A DNA stretch of 53,976 bases, from IMG/VR virus record IMGVR_UViG_3300030333_005911, positions 1 through 53,976 of that record. The stretch is one strand, 5' to 3'. The first letter of the stretch is position 1, and every line of letters starts with the position of its first letter. A program made the translations under genes and the position numbers. Positions 1-9,566 of the stretch are shown piece after piece. This stretch comes from a virus. Its lineage: Duplodnaviria; Caudoviricetes. A model generated the notes under the pieces. The model saw only the letters and a list, made by a program, of their open reading frames with translations. It was not told where the DNA came from and searched no databases.

Positions 1-98
1 TTCTTGCATCAGTTATGCATGGCAAAGAAATGTTTCCTGTTTATTCGCAAAGTGATGATGGCACAGTTCAAAATGTCGGAAAAATTGGAGCAGATCCT
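1..98. repeat. Terminal direct repeat, copy 1 (circular assembly overlap)
   Basis: Bases 1-98 are identical to 53878-53975 and the repeat lies inside an ORF that reads through the junction. Confidence 0.95.
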
Positions 99-335
99 GA
101 GTTAAGAGTGATGGCTGCGAAAACTTTATTGGGCAAATGTGTGCCTGATTTAAAGGCAGTTGAAGTAAAAGCACAGATAGAAGAGAAAAAAGTTTTAGAC
201 ATAAGTAGATTGACAGACAATGACCTCAACACAATTGAACGAGTTCTTGAACACGCTGTCGTTGAAGGAGATCAAATCGGAGAAGATGAAGAGATCCTTC
301 AAGGAGTTTATCAAGAACAGTTGGCAGACGATTGA
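1..335 (+). CDS. terS: Terminase small subunit, 3' part (gene starts at 53673 and crosses the junction, ~179 aa in total)
   Basis: In frame with GTG at 53673 once circularised; lies directly upstream of and overlaps terL. Confidence 0.7.
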   Translation, partial: LASVMHGKEMFPVYSQSDDGTVQNVGKIGADPELRVMAAKTLLGKCVPDLKAVEVKAQIEEKKVLDISRLTDNDLNTIERVLEHAVVEGDQIGEDEEILQGVYQEQLADD

Positions 336-1725
336 ACCTGGAAGAGATTTTCATGACAACTGGCATATAGATGCAATTTCTGAACATCTGCAAGCTGTCG
401 TTGAAGGAGATATTAAAAGATTAATTATTAATATTCCTCCTAGACATATGAAATCTATTTCTGTTGCTGTTGCCTTACCAGCTTGGACTTGGTCTAAATG
501 CCCAGAGAAGCGTTTCTTATTTGCATCTTATGCAGGATCTTTGTCAATTCGTGACTCTGTAAAGTGTAGAAGATTAATTGACAGTAGATGGTATAAAGAA
601 TATTTTGGTGATTCTTTTGAGCTGACAACTGATCAAAATCAAAAACAACGCTTTGAGAATAATAAAACTGGGTATAGAATAGCAACATCTGTCGATGGTG
701 CATTAACTGGTGAAGGTGGTGACATTATTGTTATTGACGATCCGCACAATGTAAGAGAAGCTGAATCGTCAACTGTCAGGGAAGGAGTTCTTGATTGGTG
801 GGATCAAGCCATGCAAACCAGACTTAATGATCCGAAGACAGGTGCTTTTATAATTATAATGCAAAGAGTTCATGAAAACGATTTAACAGGACACATATTA
901 GCGAACGAAAACGATGAATGGGATCATTTATGCTTACCTGCTCGATATGAAATCGGGCATCCGTCACCAACCAAGTCAAAATTGTACTTCACCGACCCAA
1001 GAACAAAAGAAGGTGAGTTGCTGTGGCCAGAGAGGATTGACGAGAAAACTTTACAGAATTTGGAAAAGAGCTTGGGGTCATACGCTTCCGCAGGTCAGCT
1101 GCAACAAAGACCAATGCCCAAAGGTGGTGGTATTTTAAAAGCAGAATGGTGGGTGCCATGGGAAAAAAATTATTTACCAGAGATCGAATATGTATTACAA
1201 TCTTATGATACAGCTTTTAGTACGAAAGAAAAAACTTCGTATTCAGCTAGGACAACTTGGGGAGCTTTTAGACATAATGGTCAAGTCAATTTGTTGGTTT
1301 TAGAAATGTGGTATGACAGAGTGACATATCCAGAATTAAGAAGGCTTGCAAAAGAAGCATATGAAGATTATGAACCTGATGCTGTATTAATAGAAAAGAA
1401 AGCTTCTGGCCAAAGTTTACTACAAGATTTGCGTATTTCTGGCATCCCAGTTATCGAGTATATGCCTGACAGAGACAAAGAAGCTCGTGCTCATGCATCA
1501 TCTGCTTTATTAGAAGATGGAAGAATTTACTTTCCTTATGACAAAAAATGGAGTAAAGATTTAATTGACATCTGTGCAGCATTCCCAGCAGGTGATAATG
1601 ATGATATAGTTGATACATGTACGCAAGCATGGTTAAGATTGCGAAAAGGATTCTTTGTAACACACTCGCAAGACGATTATGAAGAAGATCATGAAACTAA
1701 AAGAAAGGTGACAATGTATGGTTGA
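220..1725 (+). CDS. terL: Terminase large subunit
   Basis: Walker A-like INIPPRHMKS, Walker B IIVIDD, coupling motif IMQR, C-terminal RNase H-like nuclease (SYDTA, IEKKASG, DDIVD). Confidence 0.97.
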   Translation: MTSTQLNEFLNTLSLKEIKSEKMKRSFKEFIKNSWQTIEPGRDFHDNWHIDAISEHLQAVVEGDIKRLIINIPPRHMKSISVAVALPAWTWSKCPEKRFLFASYAGSLSIRDSVKCRRLIDSRWYKEYFGDSFELTTDQNQKQRFENNKTGYRIATSVDGALTGEGGDIIVIDDPHNVREAESSTVREGVLDWWDQAMQTRLNDPKTGAFIIIMQRVHENDLTGHILANENDEWDHLCLPARYEIGHPSPTKSKLYFTDPRTKEGELLWPERIDEKTLQNLEKSLGSYASAGQLQQRPMPKGGGILKAEWWVPWEKNYLPEIEYVLQSYDTAFSTKEKTSYSARTTWGAFRHNGQVNLLVLEMWYDRVTYPELRRLAKEAYEDYEPDAVLIEKKASGQSLLQDLRISGIPVIEYMPDRDKEARAHASSALLEDGRIYFPYDKKWSKDLIDICAAFPAGDNDDIVDTCTQAWLRLRKGFFVTHSQDDYEEDHETKRKVTMYG

Positions 1726-4129
1726 AATACCTTTTGCCGAAGGATCGCCACCAGATGATTTGCAAGTAGAATCAGATGGCGATGATGTATTGATAGGTGA
1801 TCCTGAACTTGATAACAAATTGGAAAATGAAGAAAGTTCATTTGACAAAAATTTAGCTGAAGATATGGAAGAAAGTGAGTTGCTTAAAAAAGCATCTGAA
1901 CTTGTTAATTATTATGAAATAGACAGAGAAGCCAGATCAGAATGGGAAGAAAAATACAAACAAGGTTTAGAAACATTAGATCCTGATGGTGGTCTTGATG
2001 AAGGTGAAGATGAAAGAGCAAGCAGAGGTTTAAGTGTTGTTGTTCATCCTTTAATAGCAGAAGCTGCAACTCAATTTAATGCTAGAGCTATTGCTGAATT
2101 GTATCCTTCAGGTGGACCAGTGAAAACTGTCATTATTGGTGAGCCAAATGAAGAATCAGAGGATCAAGCTCGCAGAGTAAAAGATTTTATGAATTATCAG
2201 ATTACTCAGGAAATGCCAGAATATTTTCCTGAACTTGATCAAATGTTATTTCATCTGCCACTTGTTGGTCATACATTTAAAAAAGTTTGGTGGGATGTTA
2301 ATTTGGGAAGACAATGTTCCCAGTTTGTAAAAGCAGAAGACTTTGTTGTCTCGCCAGAGAGTAAAGACTTACATACATCAATTAGATATACTCATGTCAT
2401 TCGCATGCCGAAAAATGATTATGAGAGATATGTTGAAGCTGGCTATTATTTACCGACATCTGACAAAGGTGGTGATATGGATCCATCAGGTGATGTTGTT
2501 GGTCAGATAGAAGGTGTAGATCAATACATGGAAGATTCTGAAGATAAAGTAATTACTTTATTAGAAATGCATCTTTACGAATATTTCGATGATGAAGAAT
2601 CAGAAGTCGGTTTGCCATATGTCGTGACGATTGATTATGATAATCAGAATGTCGTTAGCATTCGCAGAAACTGGAATGAAGCAGATGAAAAGAAACTTAA
2701 AAGAGAATGGTTTGTCAGCTATAAGTTTCTTCCAGGATTAGGATTTTATGGTTTCGGTCTTTACCATGTTATCGGTGGATTAGGCAAAGCTGCAACTGGT
2801 TCATTAAGAGCATTGTTAGATTCTGCTGCATTTAGCAATATGCAAGGTGGATTTAAATTAAGAGGAAGAGTCTCTGGTGGCGAGATGCAAGTCAATCCTG
2901 GAGAGTTTGTTGATTTAGATGCGACAGTTGACGATGTTAATAAAGCTATTATGCCTTTGCCATTTAAAGAACCTAGTGGCTCTTTGTTTAATTTATTAGG
3001 ATTTATTGTTGATGCAGGTAAAAGATTTGCGAATACTGCTGATTTAAATGTTGGTGACGTTAATCCGAATGCACCAGTCGGCTCTACAGTTGCCTTGATT
3101 GAACAAGGCTCAAAAGCGTTTTCTGCAATTCATAAAAGATTACATTATTCACAAGGTCAAGAATTTAAATTAATTGCCAAATTGAATGCTGAAAATTTAG
3201 AAGAAAGCTTTACGTTTGCTTTGGCAGGTGCCAGCTCTCAAATATTCGCAGCTGATTTTAATGAAAGAGTTGACATTGTCCCAGTTAGTGATCCAAACAT
3301 CTTTTCTAGCACGCAACGTATTGCTCAGGCACAATCTATTCTACAGATGGCAAGATCAGCACCTCAGTTGCATGATTTATATGAAGCCTATAAAAGAATG
3401 TATGAAGCTATAAGAATTCCTAACATTGATGAAATATTAAAAACACCACAAGAAGCTAACAGAATGGATCCGATAGATGAAAATATGTCGGTATTATATG
3501 GCAAACCAATAAAAGCATTTATAGAACAAGATCATGATTCTCATATTGCTGTTCATGTGCAGTTTTTACAAGATCCATCATTAGGAGGTAATCCTGCAAT
3601 GAAAGGTGCAACACCATTAATTATGGCACATATCGCAGAGCATGTTGCGTTGTTGTATCGTACAAGAATGGAAGCTAGTATTGGCATTCCGATGCCAGAA
3701 CTGCCAGATTTCAAAGATCCTAAATACAAAGGCAAAGATATTAATCCAGAACTTGACAACTTAATTAGCCAGAGAGCAGCACAAGTTGTACAACAAGCAC
3801 CTCAAATGCAACAAATAACAGCATTTAGAGATGCCCAACAAAGACAACAGCAACAAAATCCTTTACAATATGCCCAACAACTTGCACAACTCGAAGCTCA
3901 AGCACTTAAAGCCAGAACACAATCTGAAATACAAGCAGATCAAGCAAAAGCTGCATCAGATATCAAAATTAAACAAGCTGAAGCAAGACAAGATATGCAA
4001 ATCGATGCAGCCAAAGCACAAGCAGATCTTCAAGCTAAAATTGCAAAGTTAGAAGCTGATCTAAAATTAGAAAGAGAAAAGACAGCAGCAAAGATACAAA
4101 TGGAAGCTATGAAAAATGCGAATAAGTGA
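1718..4129 (+). CDS. Portal protein (P22-like, long Q/A-rich coiled-coil C-terminus)
   Basis: 803 aa following terL; motifs VHPLIAEA, PGLGFYGFGL, GTTVAL-like GSTVALIEQ and C-terminal helical barrel region. Confidence 0.9.
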   Translation: MVEIPFAEGSPPDDLQVESDGDDVLIGDPELDNKLENEESSFDKNLAEDMEESELLKKASELVNYYEIDREARSEWEEKYKQGLETLDPDGGLDEGEDERASRGLSVVVHPLIAEAATQFNARAIAELYPSGGPVKTVIIGEPNEESEDQARRVKDFMNYQITQEMPEYFPELDQMLFHLPLVGHTFKKVWWDVNLGRQCSQFVKAEDFVVSPESKDLHTSIRYTHVIRMPKNDYERYVEAGYYLPTSDKGGDMDPSGDVVGQIEGVDQYMEDSEDKVITLLEMHLYEYFDDEESEVGLPYVVTIDYDNQNVVSIRRNWNEADEKKLKREWFVSYKFLPGLGFYGFGLYHVIGGLGKAATGSLRALLDSAAFSNMQGGFKLRGRVSGGEMQVNPGEFVDLDATVDDVNKAIMPLPFKEPSGSLFNLLGFIVDAGKRFANTADLNVGDVNPNAPVGSTVALIEQGSKAFSAIHKRLHYSQGQEFKLIAKLNAENLEESFTFALAGASSQIFAADFNERVDIVPVSDPNIFSSTQRIAQAQSILQMARSAPQLHDLYEAYKRMYEAIRIPNIDEILKTPQEANRMDPIDENMSVLYGKPIKAFIEQDHDSHIAVHVQFLQDPSLGGNPAMKGATPLIMAHIAEHVALLYRTRMEASIGIPMPELPDFKDPKYKGKDINPELDNLISQRAAQVVQQAPQMQQITAFRDAQQRQQQQNPLQYAQQLAQLEAQALKARTQSEIQADQAKAASDIKIKQAEARQDMQIDAAKAQADLQAKIAKLEADLKLEREKTAAKIQMEAMKNANK

Positions 4130-4319
4130 TGTATTAGCTTTAAGACCAGTTGACCCAAGTCAATTTGGAGGTATTCAACCACCTATGCAACAAGGAGCAG
4201 ATCCTAGAATGCAACAGATGATGATGCAAAAAATGATGCAAGACAAGCAAGCTAAAGATAGAAACTTTGGTGCTTTAGGTAATTTACTTGCATTTCTTCA
4301 ACAAACAGGGAGAAGATAA
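4116..4319 (+). CDS. Hypothetical M/Q-rich protein
   Basis: Coupled to portal and to the next gene (TAATG); low-complexity sequence. Confidence 0.7.
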   Translation: MRISDVLALRPVDPSQFGGIQPPMQQGADPRMQQMMMQKMMQDKQAKDRNFGALGNLLAFLQQTGRR

Positions 4320-6103
4320 TGGCTATACCTAACATCGATTCTATGACACCAGAACAAGCCAGAGCTTACATTTCATCTCTTGCACCAACAACTAGAGGAA
4401 CTTCAGGAGATTACTCTGATATAGATTCATTTAGATCATATACTTTTTCTGATCCTAATTATCAATTTGAAGATTTTAGACAATTAGCAGAAATCGCAGG
4501 ATATGGTAAAGAAGATGAATTAGCTTCTGCTATGAACATTAGTTCTGGAGCTGGACCTGACACATTTAGAATTGCTGATCCATTAGACATGGGAACTGAT
4601 ACAGGTGCATTAAGTAATTTAGATGATGGTGTTCAATTAAGTCCTTTAAATACTACTTTTGAAGAAGATGTTCTTCCTGCTAATAATGTTGCTGCAACAG
4701 CAAATTTACCAGTTGCTCAAGATTTAGGTGAAGATGGAAGTCCACAACCAACACCTACAACTTTATATGGTAGTGATTACAGTTTAGAAAATCTTGTTGG
4801 TGGTCAGGTGGAAAGATTATATTTAAAAGATCCATCAACTGGTAAAATTTACGATTATAATTATTCAGAAAATGAATTTGCAAATAATATTGCACCACCT
4901 CCTGACTTACAATTTGATGATTTACAATTAGTAAAAGCCATAGGAAGAAATAGGAATGACAATACTTTTGGTGTTGATATAGATCCAACAAAATATGCTT
5001 TTGGTGGTCGCAACACTCCAGAAAGATCTGCACAGCTTACAGCAGAAGCAAATAGAGAACCAGGATATGAAAAAGGTGGTGGTGGTTTATTTTATGAATA
5101 TAATAACAGAACATATTATACACCAGATAATACTGGCACAAGCATACCAGTCGGATCAACAAATATAGGAAGAACTACTGATAGTGATCTTCAATTAGAT
5201 AAAACATTTGAAGGATATGTAGCTTCTGGAGATGTTAGAGATGGTGTTACATATACTAGTAAAGGACCACCTTCAGCTTCTGGTAAAACGATGCCACCTG
5301 CGACAGACAGTTTTTTAGAATCAATCGGAACTAACACACCATACAATATTGGTAAGGCTCTGGGTTTAGGTGATTTTATTTTATCAAGTCCACCATCTAA
5401 TCGTTTTAATTTAGAACCATTTTTTAATCAGGCAGAGTCACAAGGTTTAGATCCTTTTTTAAAATCTCAACAAAGAGACACATTGCAAATGATTAAAGAT
5501 GGTAATTTTTTCACAGCATTAGCAGGTGGTGTACAAGCAGATCCAAATTTCCAAAATATAATTAATGGTTTCACTAGTATTGATGAGTTATATCCTACTT
5601 TAACAGGTCAAGAAGGTTTAAACGAAGTTTTAAGTCAATTGCAAGGATTAGATGACAATGATCCAACAACAGGAATAGATCCTTCATTTGAAGTAGATCC
5701 TTTTGATACTGATTCAAGTTCACAAGTGGCATCTATTTCTGGTGATGATGAAGGTACAGATCCTGACGAAGATCCAGATGCAGATCCTGAAACACCAGAA
5801 GCAACAGACCCATTTACAGTCAGAGCTTTTAAAGGTGGTGGTCTTGGACCATATGCAACTAATTATATATTCCAAAGATTCGGGTATAGACCACAACAAA
5901 CTATTGATTTAAATTTAACTTATGATCCAGTAGAAAAATTATATTTCTTTGAAGATGGTAGTCCAGTAGATCCTAAATTTTTAGAAAACATGCAACTTAC
6001 TAGACTTGACGAAGATGGCAATGTTGTTTATGATGAAGAAAACAATCCAGTTACAATGCCCAGAGTAGTTGTAAACGAAGATGAAACAACCAGCGAGGAA
6101 TAA
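4319..6103 (+). CDS. Large acidic hypothetical protein, possibly internal head protein
   Basis: 594-aa ORF, D/E-rich, in the head module. Confidence 0.6.
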   Translation: MAIPNIDSMTPEQARAYISSLAPTTRGTSGDYSDIDSFRSYTFSDPNYQFEDFRQLAEIAGYGKEDELASAMNISSGAGPDTFRIADPLDMGTDTGALSNLDDGVQLSPLNTTFEEDVLPANNVAATANLPVAQDLGEDGSPQPTPTTLYGSDYSLENLVGGQVERLYLKDPSTGKIYDYNYSENEFANNIAPPPDLQFDDLQLVKAIGRNRNDNTFGVDIDPTKYAFGGRNTPERSAQLTAEANREPGYEKGGGGLFYEYNNRTYYTPDNTGTSIPVGSTNIGRTTDSDLQLDKTFEGYVASGDVRDGVTYTSKGPPSASGKTMPPATDSFLESIGTNTPYNIGKALGLGDFILSSPPSNRFNLEPFFNQAESQGLDPFLKSQQRDTLQMIKDGNFFTALAGGVQADPNFQNIINGFTSIDELYPTLTGQEGLNEVLSQLQGLDDNDPTTGIDPSFEVDPFDTDSSSQVASISGDDEGTDPDEDPDADPETPEATDPFTVRAFKGGGLGPYATNYIFQRFGYRPQQTIDLNLTYDPVEKLYFFEDGSPVDPKFLENMQLTRLDEDGNVVYDEENNPVTMPRVVVNEDETTSEE

Positions 6104-6107
6104 TAAA

Positions 6108-6536
6108 ATGCCAAATAATGATAAAATGGACATGATGAATAAACTTTTAAGAAATGAATCTGGTTCTGCTATTACTTCAGAGGAACAAGATATTATGAGT
6201 TCTATAATTAAATTAATAGAACAAAGAACAGGAGAAAAATTAACACCTGAATATTATGAAAAAATTAGAGAGATGATAATGGGAACATCTATGCAACCAA
6301 CAGAAAATATGAGAGATACTGGTGCTGTTATGTCTCCAAATGAAATGATGAAAATGCAAACTGGTGCTGCTGCACCAATCGAAACAGCTAGAATGGAATC
6401 TGGTTCTGCTTTATCGCCAGATGAAATTGAAAATATGATGACTCCAGCAGTTGATCAAGGAGTGATGGAGATGATAAAGGCTTCAAGACAATATGGCAGT
6501 TTGCCAAACCCAATGCGAAGAATGAAAGGAGAGTAA
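6108..6536 (+). CDS. Met-rich hypothetical protein with internal ESGSA repeats
   Basis: ATG 6108 follows GAGGA; repeats ESGSAITSEE / DTGAVMSPNEM / ESGSALSPDEI. Confidence 0.65.
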   Translation: MPNNDKMDMMNKLLRNESGSAITSEEQDIMSSIIKLIEQRTGEKLTPEYYEKIREMIMGTSMQPTENMRDTGAVMSPNEMMKMQTGAAAPIETARMESGSALSPDEIENMMTPAVDQGVMEMIKASRQYGSLPNPMRRMKGE

Positions 6537-6537
6537 A

Positions 6538-6807
6538 ATGGCTGAAGTTAATGTAGAAAATATGGAAGAAAATGCAGATCTTTTTGTTGAAAAAATGGGT
6601 TTTGCACATGACCACGAAGGTTTAGAAATGACCGACGAACAACTTGTAAACTTTTTATTATTATGCCATCAAATGCAATATGGCGTTGGTGAAGAGGAAG
6701 AAGAGACAGTCGAAGAAGAGCATGAGGATGGTGTTAAAATAAAAGTCATGAAAGTTGGCTCAGGTGACGATGTTCATCATATGATGAATGAATTGTTAGG
6801 AGGATAA
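6538..6807 (+). CDS. Small acidic hypothetical protein
   Basis: 89 aa, Glu-rich, AGGAG RBS upstream. Confidence 0.75.
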   Translation: MAEVNVENMEENADLFVEKMGFAHDHEGLEMTDEQLVNFLLLCHQMQYGVGEEEEETVEEEHEDGVKIKVMKVGSGDDVHHMMNELLGG

Positions 6808-6808
6808 T

Positions 6809-6928
6809 ATGCCATTTAGCAAATACTCACCTAAACAAAAGAAGTTGGCAAGAGTCGCAAAGCCTAGAACAAAGATAACTGGTGCTGATTTTAAAAAACT
6901 GAAAAAGAATAAAAAAAGGAAAACATAA
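6809..6928 (+). CDS. 39-aa Lys-rich protein (not in ORF track)
   Basis: MPFSKYSPKQKKLARVAKPRTKITGADFKKLKKNKKRKT; AGGAGG RBS; stop overlaps next ATG. Confidence 0.8.
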   Translation: MPFSKYSPKQKKLARVAKPRTKITGADFKKLKKNKKRKT

Positions 6929-7080
6929 TGGCTGGTAGAAAAGGACTATATGCCAACATAAATGCTAAGAAAAAGCGAATAAAAGCTGGATCTGGTGAGA
7001 GAATGCGTAAACCAGGAACAAAAGGTGCTCCTAAAAAATCTGACTTTAAAAATGCGAGGAAAAGTGCCAAGAAAGTTTAA
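6928..7080 (+). CDS. 50-aa Lys/Arg-rich protein (GLYANI family; not in ORF track)
   Basis: MAGRKGLYANINAKKKRIKAGSGERMRKPGTKGAP...; TAATG coupling; resembles small basic proteins common in marine phages. Confidence 0.8.
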   Translation: MAGRKGLYANINAKKKRIKAGSGERMRKPGTKGAPKKSDFKNARKSAKKV

Positions 7081-7246
7081 AAAAGTTGCTAAAACCAAAA
7101 AAGGTGTTCCTAAAAAATACCTGCAAGGTGCAAAAAATCCTAAAGCAAGAGAAAAAGAAATAAAAAGAACAGCAAAACTTTATAAAGCTGGTAAATTAAC
7201 TCCTGCTATGATGGATAGAATCAGTAAAAAAAGGAGCAAAAGTTAA
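7052..7246 (+). CDS. 64-aa Lys-rich protein
   Basis: Internal ATG of track ORF 6995-7246 (MRGKVPRKFKKVAKTKKGVPKKYL...); stop coupled to the next gene. Confidence 0.7.
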   Translation: MRGKVPRKFKKVAKTKKGVPKKYLQGAKNPKAREKEIKRTAKLYKAGKLTPAMMDRISKKRSKS

Positions 7247-7503
7247 TGGCAGAGAAAAAGAAAAAACCAAAAGGAAAATATTCTTCAATTCCTGGAGCTG
7301 GAAGATACTCTAAATCTAAACTTGATCAGGTTTACAAAAGAGGATTAGGAGCTTATTATTCTTCTGGAAGCAGACCAAAAACATCAGCTCATCAATGGGC
7401 AATGGGTAGAGTGAAATCCTTTGTCACAGGAAAAGGTGGTGCAAGAAAAGCAGATTCTGATTTAATAAAAGGGAAAAAGAAAAGTGGCAAAAAAAGCAGT
7501 TGA
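7246..7503 (+). CDS. 85-aa basic hypothetical protein
   Basis: Motif YKRGLGAYYSSGSRP..HQWAMGRV; TAATG coupling. Confidence 0.8.
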   Translation: MAEKKKKPKGKYSSIPGAGRYSKSKLDQVYKRGLGAYYSSGSRPKTSAHQWAMGRVKSFVTGKGGARKADSDLIKGKKKSGKKSS

Positions 7504-7639
7504 AGCACCTAAAGGATTTCATTGGATGAAGTCTGGTAATGGATTTAAATTAATGAAAAATCCTGTTGGTGGTTATAAACCACACAAAGGAGCAAGTAAA
7601 AAAGCTAGTTTTGAAATCCAAAAGGTTCATAAAAAATAA
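7484..7639 (+). CDS. 51-aa Lys-rich protein (GTG start; not in ORF track)
   Basis: MAKKAVEAPKGFHWMKSGNGFKLMKNPVGGYKPHKGAS...; fills the gap exactly, stop overlaps ATG 7639. Confidence 0.75.
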   Translation: MAKKAVEAPKGFHWMKSGNGFKLMKNPVGGYKPHKGASKKASFEIQKVHKK

Positions 7640-7941
7640 TGGCGAAAGATTCTAGATTAGAAAGAGCAGGTGTATCTGGTTATAACAAACCTAAAAGAAC
7701 ACCTAATCATCCTACAAAATCTCATATTGTTGTTGCTAAAGAAGGCGACAAAATAAAAACAATAAGATTTGGTCAACAAGGAAAAAAAGTAGGATCTTTA
7801 AAAGGAACTGCAGGTAAACCGAAAAAAGGAGAATCCAGCAGGATGAAAGCTAAAAGAAAATCATTTAAGGCAAGACATGCAAAAAATATAAAAAGAGGTA
7901 AAATGTCTGGTGCTTATTGGGCAGATAAGGTTAAGTGGTAA
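7639..7941 (+). CDS. 100-aa basic hypothetical protein
   Basis: Motifs IRFGQQG and RKSFKARH...YWADKVKW, which I recognise from marine phage small basic proteins. Confidence 0.85.
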   Translation: MAKDSRLERAGVSGYNKPKRTPNHPTKSHIVVAKEGDKIKTIRFGQQGKKVGSLKGTAGKPKKGESSRMKAKRKSFKARHAKNIKRGKMSGAYWADKVKW

Positions 7942-8132
7942 TGGCGAAAGCAGCAATTAAAAGAGTCGCAGCAGCAGAGATAAGAGCTGCCAAAAGTTTT
8001 TTAAAACGCAGAGGAATAGATTCCGACGAAGTGTCCCCTCGTAAATTTGCCAAAGCAGCAAAAGAACTTGACAAAAGTTTTAATGAGACTTTAAAAATAT
8101 TAGCAAGAGAGCTGTCTGGAGGTCAAGTTTAA
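7941..8132 (+). CDS. Small basic helical hypothetical protein
   Basis: ATG 7941 overlaps the preceding stop (TAATG). Confidence 0.75.
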   Translation: MAKAAIKRVAAAEIRAAKSFLKRRGIDSDEVSPRKFAKAAKELDKSFNETLKILARELSGGQV

Positions 8133-8497
8133 TGGAAGATCCTAACTTAGGAAAAGACAGACCTTTAAGAGAACAATCTATAGATAAAGTTGCAGGTGCT
8201 TTGCAAAATATTGGTTTTGATCAATACTCTTCTTACAAGACAGCTCGTCAATTATTAGGAAATCCAACAGCACAAAATATTTCAGAATCAATAGGTGTTT
8301 TAGATTTTACTCCCCTTCAGATACCTTTTGCTATACAAGAAGCAAAAAGAGCATTTGACAAAGGCGATTATGTAGAAAGTGCTTTGACTGGTGGTTTTTC
8401 TGCATTAGAAACTTTGCCTTTTATGAAATTAGTATCACCACCAGTTAAAAGTTTTTTCAAAAATTTAGGAAGTAAAATTAATGTCAGCGAAAAGTAA
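8132..8497 (+). CDS. Hypothetical protein
   Basis: 121 aa, GGAGG RBS, coupled start. Confidence 0.75.
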   Translation: MEDPNLGKDRPLREQSIDKVAGALQNIGFDQYSSYKTARQLLGNPTAQNISESIGVLDFTPLQIPFAIQEAKRAFDKGDYVESALTGGFSALETLPFMKLVSPPVKSFFKNLGSKINVSEK

Positions 8498-9173
8498 AGC
8501 AATTTTACAACTTGGTGGTGAGGCAGTTAGATGGTTACAATCTTTGGCCAGTAAATTAGGTTATGAAAAAGGATCACAACCTTTAGAATCTCTTGCTGAG
8601 CAAACTGGTGATAAATTAAAAAATTTATCAGAACAATATCCCGAAGCTTTTAGAATGTATTCACCTGAGGCATTATTTGAAGTTTTAAGAGAAGCTCAAA
8701 AAGGAGATTCTGATTTAGCAATAATGGATCCTGAAATATTTAGAAAATTAGCTGCAACGATAGATATAAATAATCCAATTACAGCAGATATGGTTAGAGA
8801 AACTGTTGATCAATACATAGATGACATAAGATTTAATGTTCCTTTAAGTAATACAATAGGAAATATTCCTTATTTACAATATACAATGCCAACTGATAGA
8901 ATAGCACAAGTTATTGCTCATGATGGTAGACATAGAAATAGAGCTTTAGAAGAACTAGGATCGGAATCATTAGTAAGGATTGCTCCATTTTTTGATTCTA
9001 AAACACCATCTTTAAGCAAAATTGGTGAGCCAGTCGATTTATATTCTGAAGTAAGTCCAATGCAAAAAGGTGATGAAGGTGGCAAAAAAATAGGAAGTTC
9101 TAAAGATTTATTGAAGCTTTTGTCTGTTTTCGGTGCTTTACCATTTATAACAGGAGAACAAACAGATGAATAG
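8481..9173 (+). CDS. ParB/Srx-like domain protein
   Basis: IAHDGRHRNRAL matches the ParB/Srx DGxHR motif, preceded by IPYL. Confidence 0.5.
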   Translation: MSAKSKAILQLGGEAVRWLQSLASKLGYEKGSQPLESLAEQTGDKLKNLSEQYPEAFRMYSPEALFEVLREAQKGDSDLAIMDPEIFRKLAATIDINNPITADMVRETVDQYIDDIRFNVPLSNTIGNIPYLQYTMPTDRIAQVIAHDGRHRNRALEELGSESLVRIAPFFDSKTPSLSKIGEPVDLYSEVSPMQKGDEGGKKIGSSKDLLKLLSVFGALPFITGEQTDE

Positions 9174-9306
9174 AAGTCAATTTAGTAAATTATTAAAAGG
9201 AGGTGATTCTAAAATGATGCATGGTAAAAAGAAAATGGCCAAAGGTAAAAAGAAAATGATGGCTAAAAAGAAAAAAATGACTAAAGGTAAAAAGAAAGGA
9301 TATTAA
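9166..9306 (+). CDS. 46-aa protamine/histone-tail-like Lys/Met-rich protein (not in ORF track)
   Basis: MNRSQFSKLLKGGDSKMMHGKKKMAKGKKKMMAKKKKMTKGKKKGY; AGGAG RBS; second strong in-frame RBS AAGGAGGT before MMHG. Confidence 0.8.
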   Translation: MNRSQFSKLLKGGDSKMMHGKKKMAKGKKKMMAKKKKMTKGKKKGY

Positions 9307-9426
9307 ATGTCGGAAAAAGATGTTGTTATACATGTAACTGGCGTATCTATGTCAGGAGGTGTAAAAAATGACAGTAACAGATCTGCTCCAGAAAATAAAA
9401 GCAAACCTGAAGCAAAGAAAGACTGA
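9307..9426 (+). CDS. Possible 39-aa protein (not in ORF track)
   Basis: ATG immediately after the previous stop with AAAGGA upstream; overlaps the next ORF by 59 bp. Confidence 0.4.
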   Translation: MSEKDVVIHVTGVSMSGGVKNDSNRSAPENKSKPEAKKD

Positions 9427-9565
9427 AATCGGAATGAGTATGGTTGAAGGTCGAATGGCTGACCTTCAATCGTATCATAAACACGTCGGTGTCGCTGAAG
9501 GATTACAACAATCCATTGAGATTATCGATGAAACATTAAAAAAATTAAATGAAGAGGATGAATAA
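9368..9565 (+). CDS. Small helical protein typically found upstream of phage GroES
   Basis: AGGAGGT RBS; Y..VG..EGL motif. Confidence 0.75.
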   Translation: MTVTDLLQKIKANLKQRKTEIGMSMVEGRMADLQSYHKHVGVAEGLQQSIEIIDETLKKLNEEDE

Positions 9566-9566
9566 C

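Noticed and set aside
1-98. Terminal repeat as a biological direct terminal repeat
   Set aside because: Its length is close to a typical assembler k-mer and it falls inside a coding sequence, so it is most likely a circular assembly overlap.
6995-7051. Track start of the 83-aa ORF at 6995
   Set aside because: This region is better explained by the overlapping 6928-7080 ORF; the likely start is ATG 7052.
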